From assembly GCF_054482595.1 (NCBI RefSeq), contig NZ_CM137008.1: a stretch of DNA of 64,000 nt, one strand, 5' to 3'. The translations under genes and the position numbers were made by a program. The notes under the pieces were generated by a model that was not told the DNA's origin, did not search any database, and saw only the letters and a list, made by a program, of their open reading frames with translations. Below, one piece after another: positions 28,944-37,235 of this stretch (position 1 is its first letter; every line of letters starts with the position of its first letter).

Positions 28944-29078
28944 GAGATCCACCTCCTTCAAAGATAGATAATCTTTACTTTATGTGATTTGCTCAAATAT
29001 TGATCATGAACAAAAAAAACAATTAACCGGGGATACTATTATGATGGAGGTGATAACAGAAAATTATCAGGCGAAAAA

Positions 29079-29996
29079 ATGAAACATATGCCTAAACTTC
29101 AACAAATTAAATTTTTTAATGAAATAGTCCTGTGCGGAAGTTTAAGATCTGCCGCCCGTAAAATGAATATATCTCAGCCAGCATTAAGCAGAACGATAAA
29201 AGAATTGGAGAATGTATTAGGATGTAACCTTCTGATTCGAACAAGGGATGGTATCGTTTTAACAGAAGCTGGAAAGATATTCTCGGTCCATTCACGTATG
29301 ATTCTTGAAGAGGTTGAAACTGCAGCTCTTGAAGTTGCGAAAGTAAATATAGATAACACAGGGAAAGTAGCTTTTGGAATTTCTTCGCTGTTTGGCGTAA
29401 CAATACTGAATAATGTACTTGATAACTTCCGGATGAAATATCCGAAAACGCGTGTGATGATAAGAGAGGGACAGTTGTCTTCCCTTATCCCTTACCTGAG
29501 AGAAGGTGTTCTGGATTTTGCAATGGGTACATTAACAAAAGACATGCCAGTTGGAGATTTTATTGCGGTTGAATTGTTTAACGCACCGTTCACTATAGTG
29601 GCAAGAAAACACCATCCTTTAAGGAACTGTACATCAATTGATGAACTTGCAACTGCAAGATGGGTATTCCCGGAAACTCAAATGGGATACTATCATTATA
29701 TATCCCGTCTTATTCCCTTTGGACATCCTGATGAACCATATGCTCCAATATTTACCGATTCGGTAGTTTGTATTATGAATCTTGTTCTCTATGATGACTA
29801 TATAACGGTTCTCTCCAGAGCAAGGTTACAGGAAGCAAGATTCAAAGAAATATTGTGTTCAATTCCTGTTAAGTATCAACTACCCGTTAGCCAGTACGGG
29901 CTTATTTATCCACGAAAAAGGTTAATGACGGCACCAGCACAAATAATGATTGAATATTTTCAACAAGAGATACAACGATATGACTGGAATGGATGA
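29079..29996 (+). CDS. LysR-family transcriptional regulator, 305 aa
   Basis: The N-terminal HTH reads LQQIKFFNEIVLCGSLRSAARKMNISQPALSRTIKELENVLGCNLLIRTRDG. It is divergent from the transporter/M20 pair. Confidence 0.85.
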   Translation: MKHMPKLQQIKFFNEIVLCGSLRSAARKMNISQPALSRTIKELENVLGCNLLIRTRDGIVLTEAGKIFSVHSRMILEEVETAALEVAKVNIDNTGKVAFGISSLFGVTILNNVLDNFRMKYPKTRVMIREGQLSSLIPYLREGVLDFAMGTLTKDMPVGDFIAVELFNAPFTIVARKHHPLRNCTSIDELATARWVFPETQMGYYHYISRLIPFGHPDEPYAPIFTDSVVCIMNLVLYDDYITVLSRARLQEARFKEILCSIPVKYQLPVSQYGLIYPRKRLMTAPAQIMIEYFQQEIQRYDWNG

Positions 29997-30103
29997 GCAA
30001 TACCCGGAATGATGGTGCCGTTACGGGGAAGTCATCTTCACAGAAATTTTCAGTCCATTAGCATTCCGGTATTCGTACAACTTCCTTTGGTGGAGAGTAA
30101 ACA

Positions 30104-30433
30104 ATGACCAGGATGCGATGGACGCTTGACCAGAAAAAACATCACGTTGCTGCATGGCGTGCCAGTGGTCTTACACGCCAGCAATACTGTGAACTCAACG
30201 ATATTCCCTTCACATCACTTCGCGAATGGCCGCAGGATGTCGCAAAAGCTGAACGCCGGGCAAATGAACCGACCGTTCTTCCCGTTCATATTGCGCCACC
30301 ACTGCATGCTGATGTATCACAGCCCGTCACGAATGAGCCAGTCACGCTCTTCCTCCCCGGCGGAGTACGGATGTGCTGTCAGCCGTCACAACTTACCGAT
30401 GTCTTCAGGGCGCTCAAATGTGCTCAGTCCTGA
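30104..30433 (+). CDS. tnpA: IS66-family Orf1 (TnpA-like), 109 aa
   Basis: The position, the size and the WRASGLTRQQYCELNDIPFTSLREW HTH-like segment support the call. The stop overlaps the tnpB frame. Confidence 0.65.
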   Translation: MTRMRWTLDQKKHHVAAWRASGLTRQQYCELNDIPFTSLREWPQDVAKAERRANEPTVLPVHIAPPLHADVSQPVTNEPVTLFLPGGVRMCCQPSQLTDVFRALKCAQS

Positions 30434-30765
30434 TAATGTCTTCATCGCGATTAAACCTGCTGATATGCGCCGGGGCATCGACACACTGACGCAGTATATA
30501 CAGGATGAACTCAGGTCGACATGGCATGAGGGAGCCGCCTTCGTCTTTGTTAACAAAGCCCGTTCGCGTATCAAAGTTCTGCGCTGGGATAAACACGGGG
30601 TGTGGTTGTGTACCCGTCGTCTGCATAAAGGCAGCTTCCGCTGGCCACGTACAAATGACGTTGCCTGGCACCTCACTCCCGACGAGTTTAATTGGCTTAT
30701 TGCCGGTGTTGCCTGGCAGCAAGTTAAGGGACATGACCTGACGAAATGGGTCTGGCTGAATGAAG
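30399..30765 (+). CDS. tnpB: IS66 Orf2 (TnpB), no stop before the tnpC frame
   Basis: VFIAIKPADMRRGIDTLTQYIQDELRSTWHEGAAFVFVNKARSRIKVLRWDKHGVWL is the canonical TnpB core. The end coordinate is approximate. Confidence 0.7.
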
Positions 30766-31760
30766 CTGAACTGCGTGCTATGGCACTTGCCATGGTGCAA
30801 AAAGTCATGTCGGAGAATGCCGAAAAAGAGCGGGAATTACTGGAGAAAAGCCGGCGCATCCAGCTTCTGGACGAAATGCTGAAACTGGTTCGTCAACAGC
30901 GCTTCGGTAAAAATGTGAGACGCTGGCTGGTATGCAACGCTCCCTGTTCGAAGAGGATGTTGATGCCGATATCGCCGCGCTCACCGCACATCTGGATAAA
31001 CTGCTCCCGCAATCCCCTGAAGAAGACGAAAAAGCGCCCCGTTCATGCCCGATACGCAAACCCTTACCGGTCCATCTTCCACGGGTGGAAAAAATTATCC
31101 AGCCGGACACTGACCATTGCCCTGAATGTGACGAGCTGCTGCACTATATCCGTGATGCGGTGAGTGAAAAGCTGGAGTATATTCCCGCTCACTTCGTGGT
31201 GAACCGTTATGTCCGTCCGCAATACAGTTGTCCCTGTTGCCTGAAGGTGTTTAGCGGTGAAATGCCGGCACATATCCTCCCGAAAAGTGCCGTTGAGCCG
31301 TCAGTCATCGCACAGGTGATCATCAATAAATACAGTGACCACCAGCCTCTGTATCGCCAGCAACAGATCTTTGCCCGTTCAGATGTCGGGCTGCCCGTCA
31401 GTTCGATGGCTGATATGGTTGGCGCGTCGGGAGCCACATTATCCCCCCTGGCGGCGTTACTCCATCGCGAGTTGATAAGCCGTCAGGTGGTGCATGCAGA
31501 TGAGACTACCCTGAAGATCCTGAACACGAAGAAAGGCGGTAAATCCTGCTCCTGTTATCTGTGGGCATACGTCAGTGGAGAAAGGACAGGACCGTCAGTT
31601 GTGTGTTTCGACTGCCGGACCGGACGTAGCCATGAGTATCCTGAAAACTGGCTTCAGAGCTGGGTCGGGACACTGGTTGTTGACGGACATAAAGCTTACC
31701 GGACTCTGGCAAACAAAGTGCCGGAGATCACGCTGGCCGGATGCTGGGCCCATGTCAGTC
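30766..31760 (+). pseudogene. tnpC: IS66 tnpC, frameshifted and truncated
   Basis: EKERELLEKSRRIQLLDEMLKLVRQQRFGK, then after a frame change ETLAGMQRSLFEEDVD...HCPECDELLHYIRDAVSEKLEYIP...KYSDHQPLYRQQQIFAR...VVHADETTLKIL...GCWAHV. Confidence 0.8.
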
Positions 31761-32417
31761 ATGCCAGTGAAACTGGTGATGTAGTTCATGTCGATCAGTA
31801 GAGTGTTGGCACGCAGCAATACGCTGTCGTGGCTTGTTGTGGCCAACATGGTCAGAATGTCCTCTGTGAGATTTATGAAGGTTGTGCGAATGCGGGGGAA
31901 TCTGCTGAACGGTGCTTTCAGAGCTGGCCTGCTACGGGATACCCGGGATTACCTGCGAGGTAATGGGCTTCCGGATCGCACACCTCACGACGATCGCAGG
32001 CGAAATCACTGAATGCTCTTTGAGTATATCTTCGCTGTCAGGTAACCAATGAACCCGTTCCACATCCCGGGAGCTTCTGGTACTGCGCCGCTTCGTCCGG
32101 TGACACAAAGCTCTTACATTGCCCATGGCATCCATAATCAACTGCTCCAGAACAGGGGCATCGAAATACGCCTTTCGGGCACATCACACCACTTTATATT
32201 CCGGCATATCAGGAGCATAGTTCCGGGTCAGAAGTACCGGTCATCAGATCGAGCAGGATGTCAGTCAATGCTGCCCCCGGGATTAACTATGCAGAAACAG
32301 TCCTGAGACACAGACAAGATCAGAGACGACGCACGCGTGTGGTTGATTGACACCAACGTGCGGGTTCAGCGAATCAGCGATCACGGTGCGATTTCGCGCC
32401 ACAGTACACAATCAATA
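31761..32417. other. 0.66 kb of unassigned, multiply interrupted sequence (probable decayed mobile-element DNA)
   Basis: No ORF longer than 85 aa on either strand. Minus-strand frames give FDAPVLEQLIMDAMGNVRALCHR and ..VIPGIP.., which I cannot place confidently. Confidence 0.3.
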
Positions 32418-32790
32418 GTAAGCGTAAACTGACCGCCGTATGTAGCCATTAAGCCTGTATTGGTAACGTAGGTGCCCACTTTTTCAACTAGTGGACACCT
32501 GTTATGGAACAGAAAATATTATCCGCAGAACCCCGCAGAACATTTTCAAATGAGTTTAAACTTCAAATGGTTAAACTGGCTTCACAACCAGGAGCCTCTG
32601 TTGCCCGTATTGCCAGGGAACACGATATCAATGATAATCTTCTGCTCAAATGGCTCTGGCTGATCGGCCTTCCCCCACTTTTTACGCGAGGTGATTATGA
32701 AGATCAATGACTAGCCGTCGAACCGTGTGCATGAACTGCTGCACTGAAACTTCTCAGCTGTAAAGTAATCCTTACGCTACGTACTTCTCG
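32418..32790 (+). mobile_element. Internally deleted mini-IS66 (373 bp): both ends, ~50 codons of tnpA and the last codons of tnpC
   Basis: The left end is GTAAGCGTAAACTGACC (32418-). The tnpA' frame reads MEQKILSAEPRRTFSNEFKLQMVKLASQPGASVARIAREHDINDNLLLKWL (32504-~32655). The tnpC tail reads NRVHELL.*. The right end is ...GGAGCGCTTAC at 32790 (reverse complement GTAAGCGCTCC). Confidence 0.65.
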
Positions 32791-32908
32791 GAGCGCTTAC
32801 GATTAATCAGATGCAGTCCTGACTGGAAGAAAGAAAAATGGAAAAATAAGAGGAATTAATATATTCCACGTTCCTGAAATCCTGGAGGATATTAATGTCA
32901 TCAAAATA

Positions 32909-33855
32909 TTAGCGAACGATAATCCCTAACAAAATACCCAGTACGCCAAAGTCAGCATCACTGGAGGTGGTGTTAGCAAAACCAATATCATCCAGCACAG
33001 GCAATAAGAATACTGGCGGGAAGGTAATAGGCAAGCCTTGAGCGAAGGCACCCAAAATCGCACCACGACGTCCCCCCGTTGCATTACCGAATACCCCTGC
33101 AGTTGCACCTACGAAGAAGTGCGGCACCATACCAGGAATAATCACGATCATGTTCAGCAGATACAACGTGAACATACCGATTAAACCTGCAGCAAAGCTG
33201 CTCAGGAAACCAACCAGTATAGCGTTAGGTGCGTAAGGGAAGACGACCCGGGAATCGAGAGCTGGTCTGGCATTCGGAACCAGCTTGTCTGAAATACCTT
33301 TGAATGCCGGGACAATCTCCGCAATCACCATGCGCACACCCTGCAGAATGATGTAAACACCTGCTGCGAAGGTAATAGATTGCATGATGGAGAACATGAA
33401 CCAGTTTTTACCACCACTAAGCTCTTTCACCACATCTGCACGCGCAAACAGGCACGTCACCAGGAAAATTATGCTCATGGTAAAAGAGATAGCAACCGGC
33501 GTGTCGCGCAAGAACAGCAGACTTTTCGGCACATTCATGTCTTCAGTCGAGTGGTCTTTATTACCAAACTTGCTGCCGATGAAACCGGCCAATACATAAG
33601 ATAATGTTGAGAAGTGGCCGATGGCAACGTCATCAGAACCGGTCACTTTCTTCATGTACGGATGCGCAATAGCCGGGAAAAAGACCATTGCCACGCCAAC
33701 AACCAAAGAGCCAACGGCTATAAGCGTAATGCCGGTCATGCCTGCTGTTGCCAGAATTACCGCTACCATCATCGACATAAACAACGTGTGATGACCGGTC
33801 AGGAAGATAAATTTCCACGGTGTGAAACGGGCAATCAGAATGTTGATAACCATCA
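32909..33855 (-). pseudogene. 5'-truncated PTS ascorbate-family EIIC (UlaA/SgaT-like) gene
   Basis: INILIARFTPWKFIFLTGHHTLFMSMMVAV...QGVRMVIAEIVPAFKGISDKLVPNA...IIPGMVPHFFVGATAGVFGNATGG is collinear with UlaA from about residue 120 to the C-terminus. The N-terminal ~120 residues are absent. Confidence 0.7.
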
Positions 33856-34221
33856 GAAACGCTGGACTATCCCTCGGAAACGTTAGCTGAGATCCGCCAT
33901 ACCGGCGCACGAGCCGGGCTGGCATTTAATCCGGCGACCCCAATCGACGCCTGGCAATATCTGGCGTCTGAGCTGGACGGCGTGATGGTGATGACCTGTG
34001 AGCCCGATGGGCACGGACAGCGGTTTATTCCCTCTATGTGCGAGAAAATCCAAAAAGTACGCACGGCTTTTCCTCAGACCGAGTGCTGGGCCGACGGTGG
34101 AATTACGCTGGCGGCAGCACAGCAACTGGCTGCAGCCGGGGGGCAGCATATGGTGATTGGGCGCGTCTTGTTCTTTTCATCTGACTATCGCGCGACCTTA
34201 GTTCAATTCGCCACCCTGTAA
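33856..34221 (+). pseudogene. sgcE: 3' fragment of the pentulose-phosphate 3-epimerase gene sgcE
   Basis: ETLDYPSETLAEIRHTGARAGLAFNPATPIDAWQYLASELDGVMVMTCEPDGHGQRFIPSMCEKIQKVRTAFPQTECWADGGITLAAAQQLAAAG...ATLVQFATL* matches the C-terminal ~120 residues of K-12 SgcE. Confidence 0.8.
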
Positions 34222-34237
34222 GAGGAGATTGTTTCTG

Positions 34238-35020
34238 ATGAGCCAACAGAGACCTGACCGTATCAAACAGATGCTGCACTACCTGTGGCAACATCGTCAC
34301 CTCTCCACACAGCAGGCCATGGAGCTTTTTGGCTATGCGGAGGCGACTGTCCGTCGTGATTTTCAGTATATTGCCAACCAGTACCCAGGCATGATCCGCG
34401 GTCACGGTTGTCTCGACTTCGACGACAGTACTGACGACAAAGAGTACGTTTTCGATGTGAAACGTACATTGCAATCTGTGGCGAAGAGAGAAATAGTCGC
34501 CCTTGCCCGAACGATGATCAAAGATGGCGACTGCTTTTTTCTCGACTCCGGCTCAACCTGCCTCGAACTGGCGAAATGCCTGGCCGATGCACGGGTGAAG
34601 GTCTCCTGCAACGACATTAAAATCGCCAATGAGCTGGGCTGTTTTCCCCATGTGGAAAGCTATATTATCGGTGGACTGATTCGCCCGGGGTATTTTTCGG
34701 TAGGAGAGAGTCTGGCGCTGGAGATGATCAATGCCTTTTCCGTAGAACGTGCGTTTATCTCCTGCGATGCGCTGTCGCTGGAGACGGGGATCACCAATGC
34801 CACCATGTTTGAGGTCCGGGTGAAAACACGGATTATTCAACGCTCGCGTGAAGTTATTCTCATGGCCGAACACTCAAAATTTGATGCCGTTGAGCCGCAT
34901 GCTGTAGCAACACTCTCATGTATTAAAACGATCATTAGTGACAGCGGGTTACCTGAGACTATTGCACAGCGTTATCAGCGAGCCGGATGTCAGTTGTTTT
35001 TACCTCATTCAATAAAGTGA
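34238..35020 (+). CDS. sgcR: DeoR-family regulator SgcR, 260 aa
   Basis: MSQQRPDRIKQMLHYLWQHRHLSTQQAMELFGYAEATVRRDFQYI... is K-12 SgcR. Confidence 0.9.
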   Translation: MSQQRPDRIKQMLHYLWQHRHLSTQQAMELFGYAEATVRRDFQYIANQYPGMIRGHGCLDFDDSTDDKEYVFDVKRTLQSVAKREIVALARTMIKDGDCFFLDSGSTCLELAKCLADARVKVSCNDIKIANELGCFPHVESYIIGGLIRPGYFSVGESLALEMINAFSVERAFISCDALSLETGITNATMFEVRVKTRIIQRSREVILMAEHSKFDAVEPHAVATLSCIKTIISDSGLPETIAQRYQRAGCQLFLPHSIK

Positions 35021-35392
35021 TAGGTAAGTTCGTTCGAGAGGGATTTCAAGCAAAAACAATCAATGGCACCCAATAGAAAATATTGGCGATGTGCTCGAAC
35101 GAATAAAGAAGCCCTATGCGCAATCCACACGCTACGATGTTGCAACAACACTCCATCTACTTTTTATTCTCATTCACTAAATGTGGCTGTTCTGGATTCA
35201 TTATTCAAAGTGTGTACAAGATCACATTTAATCACTTCATTACGGTTCAGCATGCTGAACAAAGCATATTTTCCACTATGTAATGCCGATACCATTTATT
35301 CCATGAGCAAGGAGGAGCCATTATGGTTCGCAAAGGGGGTGATGCTGCCAACTTACTGATTTAGTGTATGATGGTGTTTTTGAGGTGCTCCA

Positions 35393-35668
35393 GTGGCTTC
35401 TGTTTCTATCAGCTGTCCCTCCTGTTCAGCTACTGACGGGGTGGTGCGTAACGGCAAAAGCACCGCCGGACATCAGCGCTATCTCTGCTCTCACTGCCGT
35501 AAAACATGGCAACTGCAGTTCACTTACACCGCTTCTCAACCCGGTACGCACCAGAAAATCATTGATATGGCCATGAATGGCGTTGGATGCCGGGCAACAG
35601 CCCGCATTATGGGCGTTGGCCTCAACACGATTTTACGTCACTTAAAAAACTCAGGCCGCAGTCGGTAA
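35393..35668 (+). CDS. insA: IS1 InsA, 91 aa
   Basis: [43 protein letters not shown]... Confidence 0.95.
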
Positions 35669-36090
35669 CCTCGCGCATACAACCGGGCAGTGACGTCATC
35701 GTCTGCGCGGAAATGGACGAACAGTGGGGCTATGTCGGGGCTAAATCGCGCCAGCGCTGGCTGTTTTACGCGTATGACAGGCTCCGGAAGACGGTTGTTG
35801 CGCACGTATTCGGTGAACGCACTATGGCGACGCTGGGGCGTCTTATGAGGCTGCTGTCACCCTTTGACGTGGTGATATGGATGACGGATGGCTGGCCGCT
35901 GTATGAATCCCGCCTGAAGGGAAAGCTGCACGTAATCAGCAAGCGATATACGCAGCGAATTGAGCGGCATAACCTGAATCTGAGGCAGCACCTGGCACGG
36001 CTGGGACGGAAGTCGCTGTCGTTCTCAAAATCGGTGGAGCTGCATGACAAAGTCATCGGGCATTATCTGAACATAAAACACTATCAATAA
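35587..36090 (+). CDS. insB: IS1 InsB frame (expressed as InsAB' by -1 frameshifting)
   Basis: ...[28 protein letters not shown]...[52 protein letters not shown]... Confidence 0.9.
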
Positions 36091-36319
36091 GTTGGAGTCA
36101 TTACCGAATCAACCTATGGTGCGGTATGTTTAAGTATGCCGGTATTCAATATGTATAACAGAGTTAACTATGCAATCTCACTTTCTGGCGATCCGGTAAT
36201 TTATTCAGGAAATAAGATAGACAGCTATCTGGAGTTGCTCCGGAAATGCACAGGGCAAATATCATATGGGCTGGGATACAGAAACGAAAATGAACATTTA
36301 CGAAAAGGAAACTGAGGTA

Positions 36320-37225
36320 ATGAAAAAATTCAGCGGCATTATTCCACCGGTATCCAGCACGTTTCATCGTGACGGAACCCTTGATAAAAAGGCAATGCGC
36401 GAAGTTGCCGACTTCCTGATTAATAAAGGGGTTGACGGGCTGTTTTATCTGGGTACCGGTGGTGAATTTAGCCAGATGAATACAGCCCAGCGCATGGCGC
36501 TCGCCGAAGAAGCTGTAACCATTGTCGACGGGCGAGTGCCGGTATTGATTGGCATCGGTTCCCCTTCCACTGACGAAGCGGTCAAACTGGCGCAGCATGC
36601 GCAAGCCTGCGGCGCTGATGGTATCGTCGCCATCAACCCCTACTACTGGAAAGTTGCGGCGCGGAATCTTGACGACTACTACCAGCAGATCGCCCGCAGC
36701 GTCACACTGCCGGTGATCCTGTACAACTTTCCGGATCTAACCGGTCAGGACTTAACCCCGGAGACCGTGAAACGTCTGGCACTGCAAAATGAAAATATCG
36801 TCGGCATCAAAGACACCATCGACAGCGTCGGCCATCTGCGCACGATGATCAACACCGTTAAGTCTGTACGTCCGTCATTTTCGGTATTCTGCGGCTTCGA
36901 CGACCATTTACTGAATACCCTGCTGCTGGGCGGCGATGGCGCGATATCCGCCAGCGCTAATTTTGCTCCGGAACTCTCTGTCGGTATCTACCGCGCCTGG
37001 CGCGAGGGCGATCTGGCAACTGCCGCCACCCTGAATAAAAAGCTCCTGCAACTGCCCGCGATTTACGGCCTTGAAACGCCGTTTGTCTCACTGATCAAAT
37101 ACAGCATGCAGTGCGTGGGGTTGCCGGTGGAGACATATTGCCTGCCGCCGATTCTTGACGTCTCAGAAGAAGCCAAAGAAAAAGTCCACGCACTGCTGGC
37201 CGCGCAGGGCATTTTATCGGACTGA
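36320..37225 (+). CDS. yjhH: 2-dehydro-3-deoxy-D-pentonate aldolase, 301 aa
   Basis: MKKFSGIIPPVSSTFHRDGTLDKKAMREVADFLINKGVDGLFYLGTGGEF... is K-12 YjhH (DapA/NanA-family aldolase). Confidence 0.9.
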   Translation: MKKFSGIIPPVSSTFHRDGTLDKKAMREVADFLINKGVDGLFYLGTGGEFSQMNTAQRMALAEEAVTIVDGRVPVLIGIGSPSTDEAVKLAQHAQACGADGIVAINPYYWKVAARNLDDYYQQIARSVTLPVILYNFPDLTGQDLTPETVKRLALQNENIVGIKDTIDSVGHLRTMINTVKSVRPSFSVFCGFDDHLLNTLLLGGDGAISASANFAPELSVGIYRAWREGDLATAATLNKKLLQLPAIYGLETPFVSLIKYSMQCVGLPVETYCLPPILDVSEEAKEKVHALLAAQGILSD

Positions 37226-37235
37226 GGAGAAGATC

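Larger units (their letters stand above)
30020..31760 (+). mobile_element. IS66-family element no. 2, frameshifted and 3'-truncated (left boundary approximate)
   Basis: It carries a tnpA-like ORF 30104..30433, then a tnpB-like frame from 30399 that reads into the tnpC coiled-coil region without a stop. The A-run at 30909-30913 is one base short. tnpC resumes at 30932 and homology stops at ..TLAGCWAHV (about 31757). Confidence 0.75.
35338..36105 (+). mobile_element. IS1 (768 bp), intact
   Basis: It starts GGTGATGCTGCCAACTTACTGATTTAGTGTATGATGG and ends ...CAATAAGTTGGAGTCATTACC. insA and insB frames are present, with the A6C slippery site at 35644-35650. The flanking 9-mers differ (CGCAAAGGG versus GAATCAACC). 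Confidence 0.95.

Noticed and set aside
30126-31163. 345-aa ORF as a genuine fusion protein
   Set aside because: It is the tnpB frame reading through into the 5' coiled-coil part of tnpC and then out of frame after a homopolymer slip. It is part of a decayed IS66 copy.
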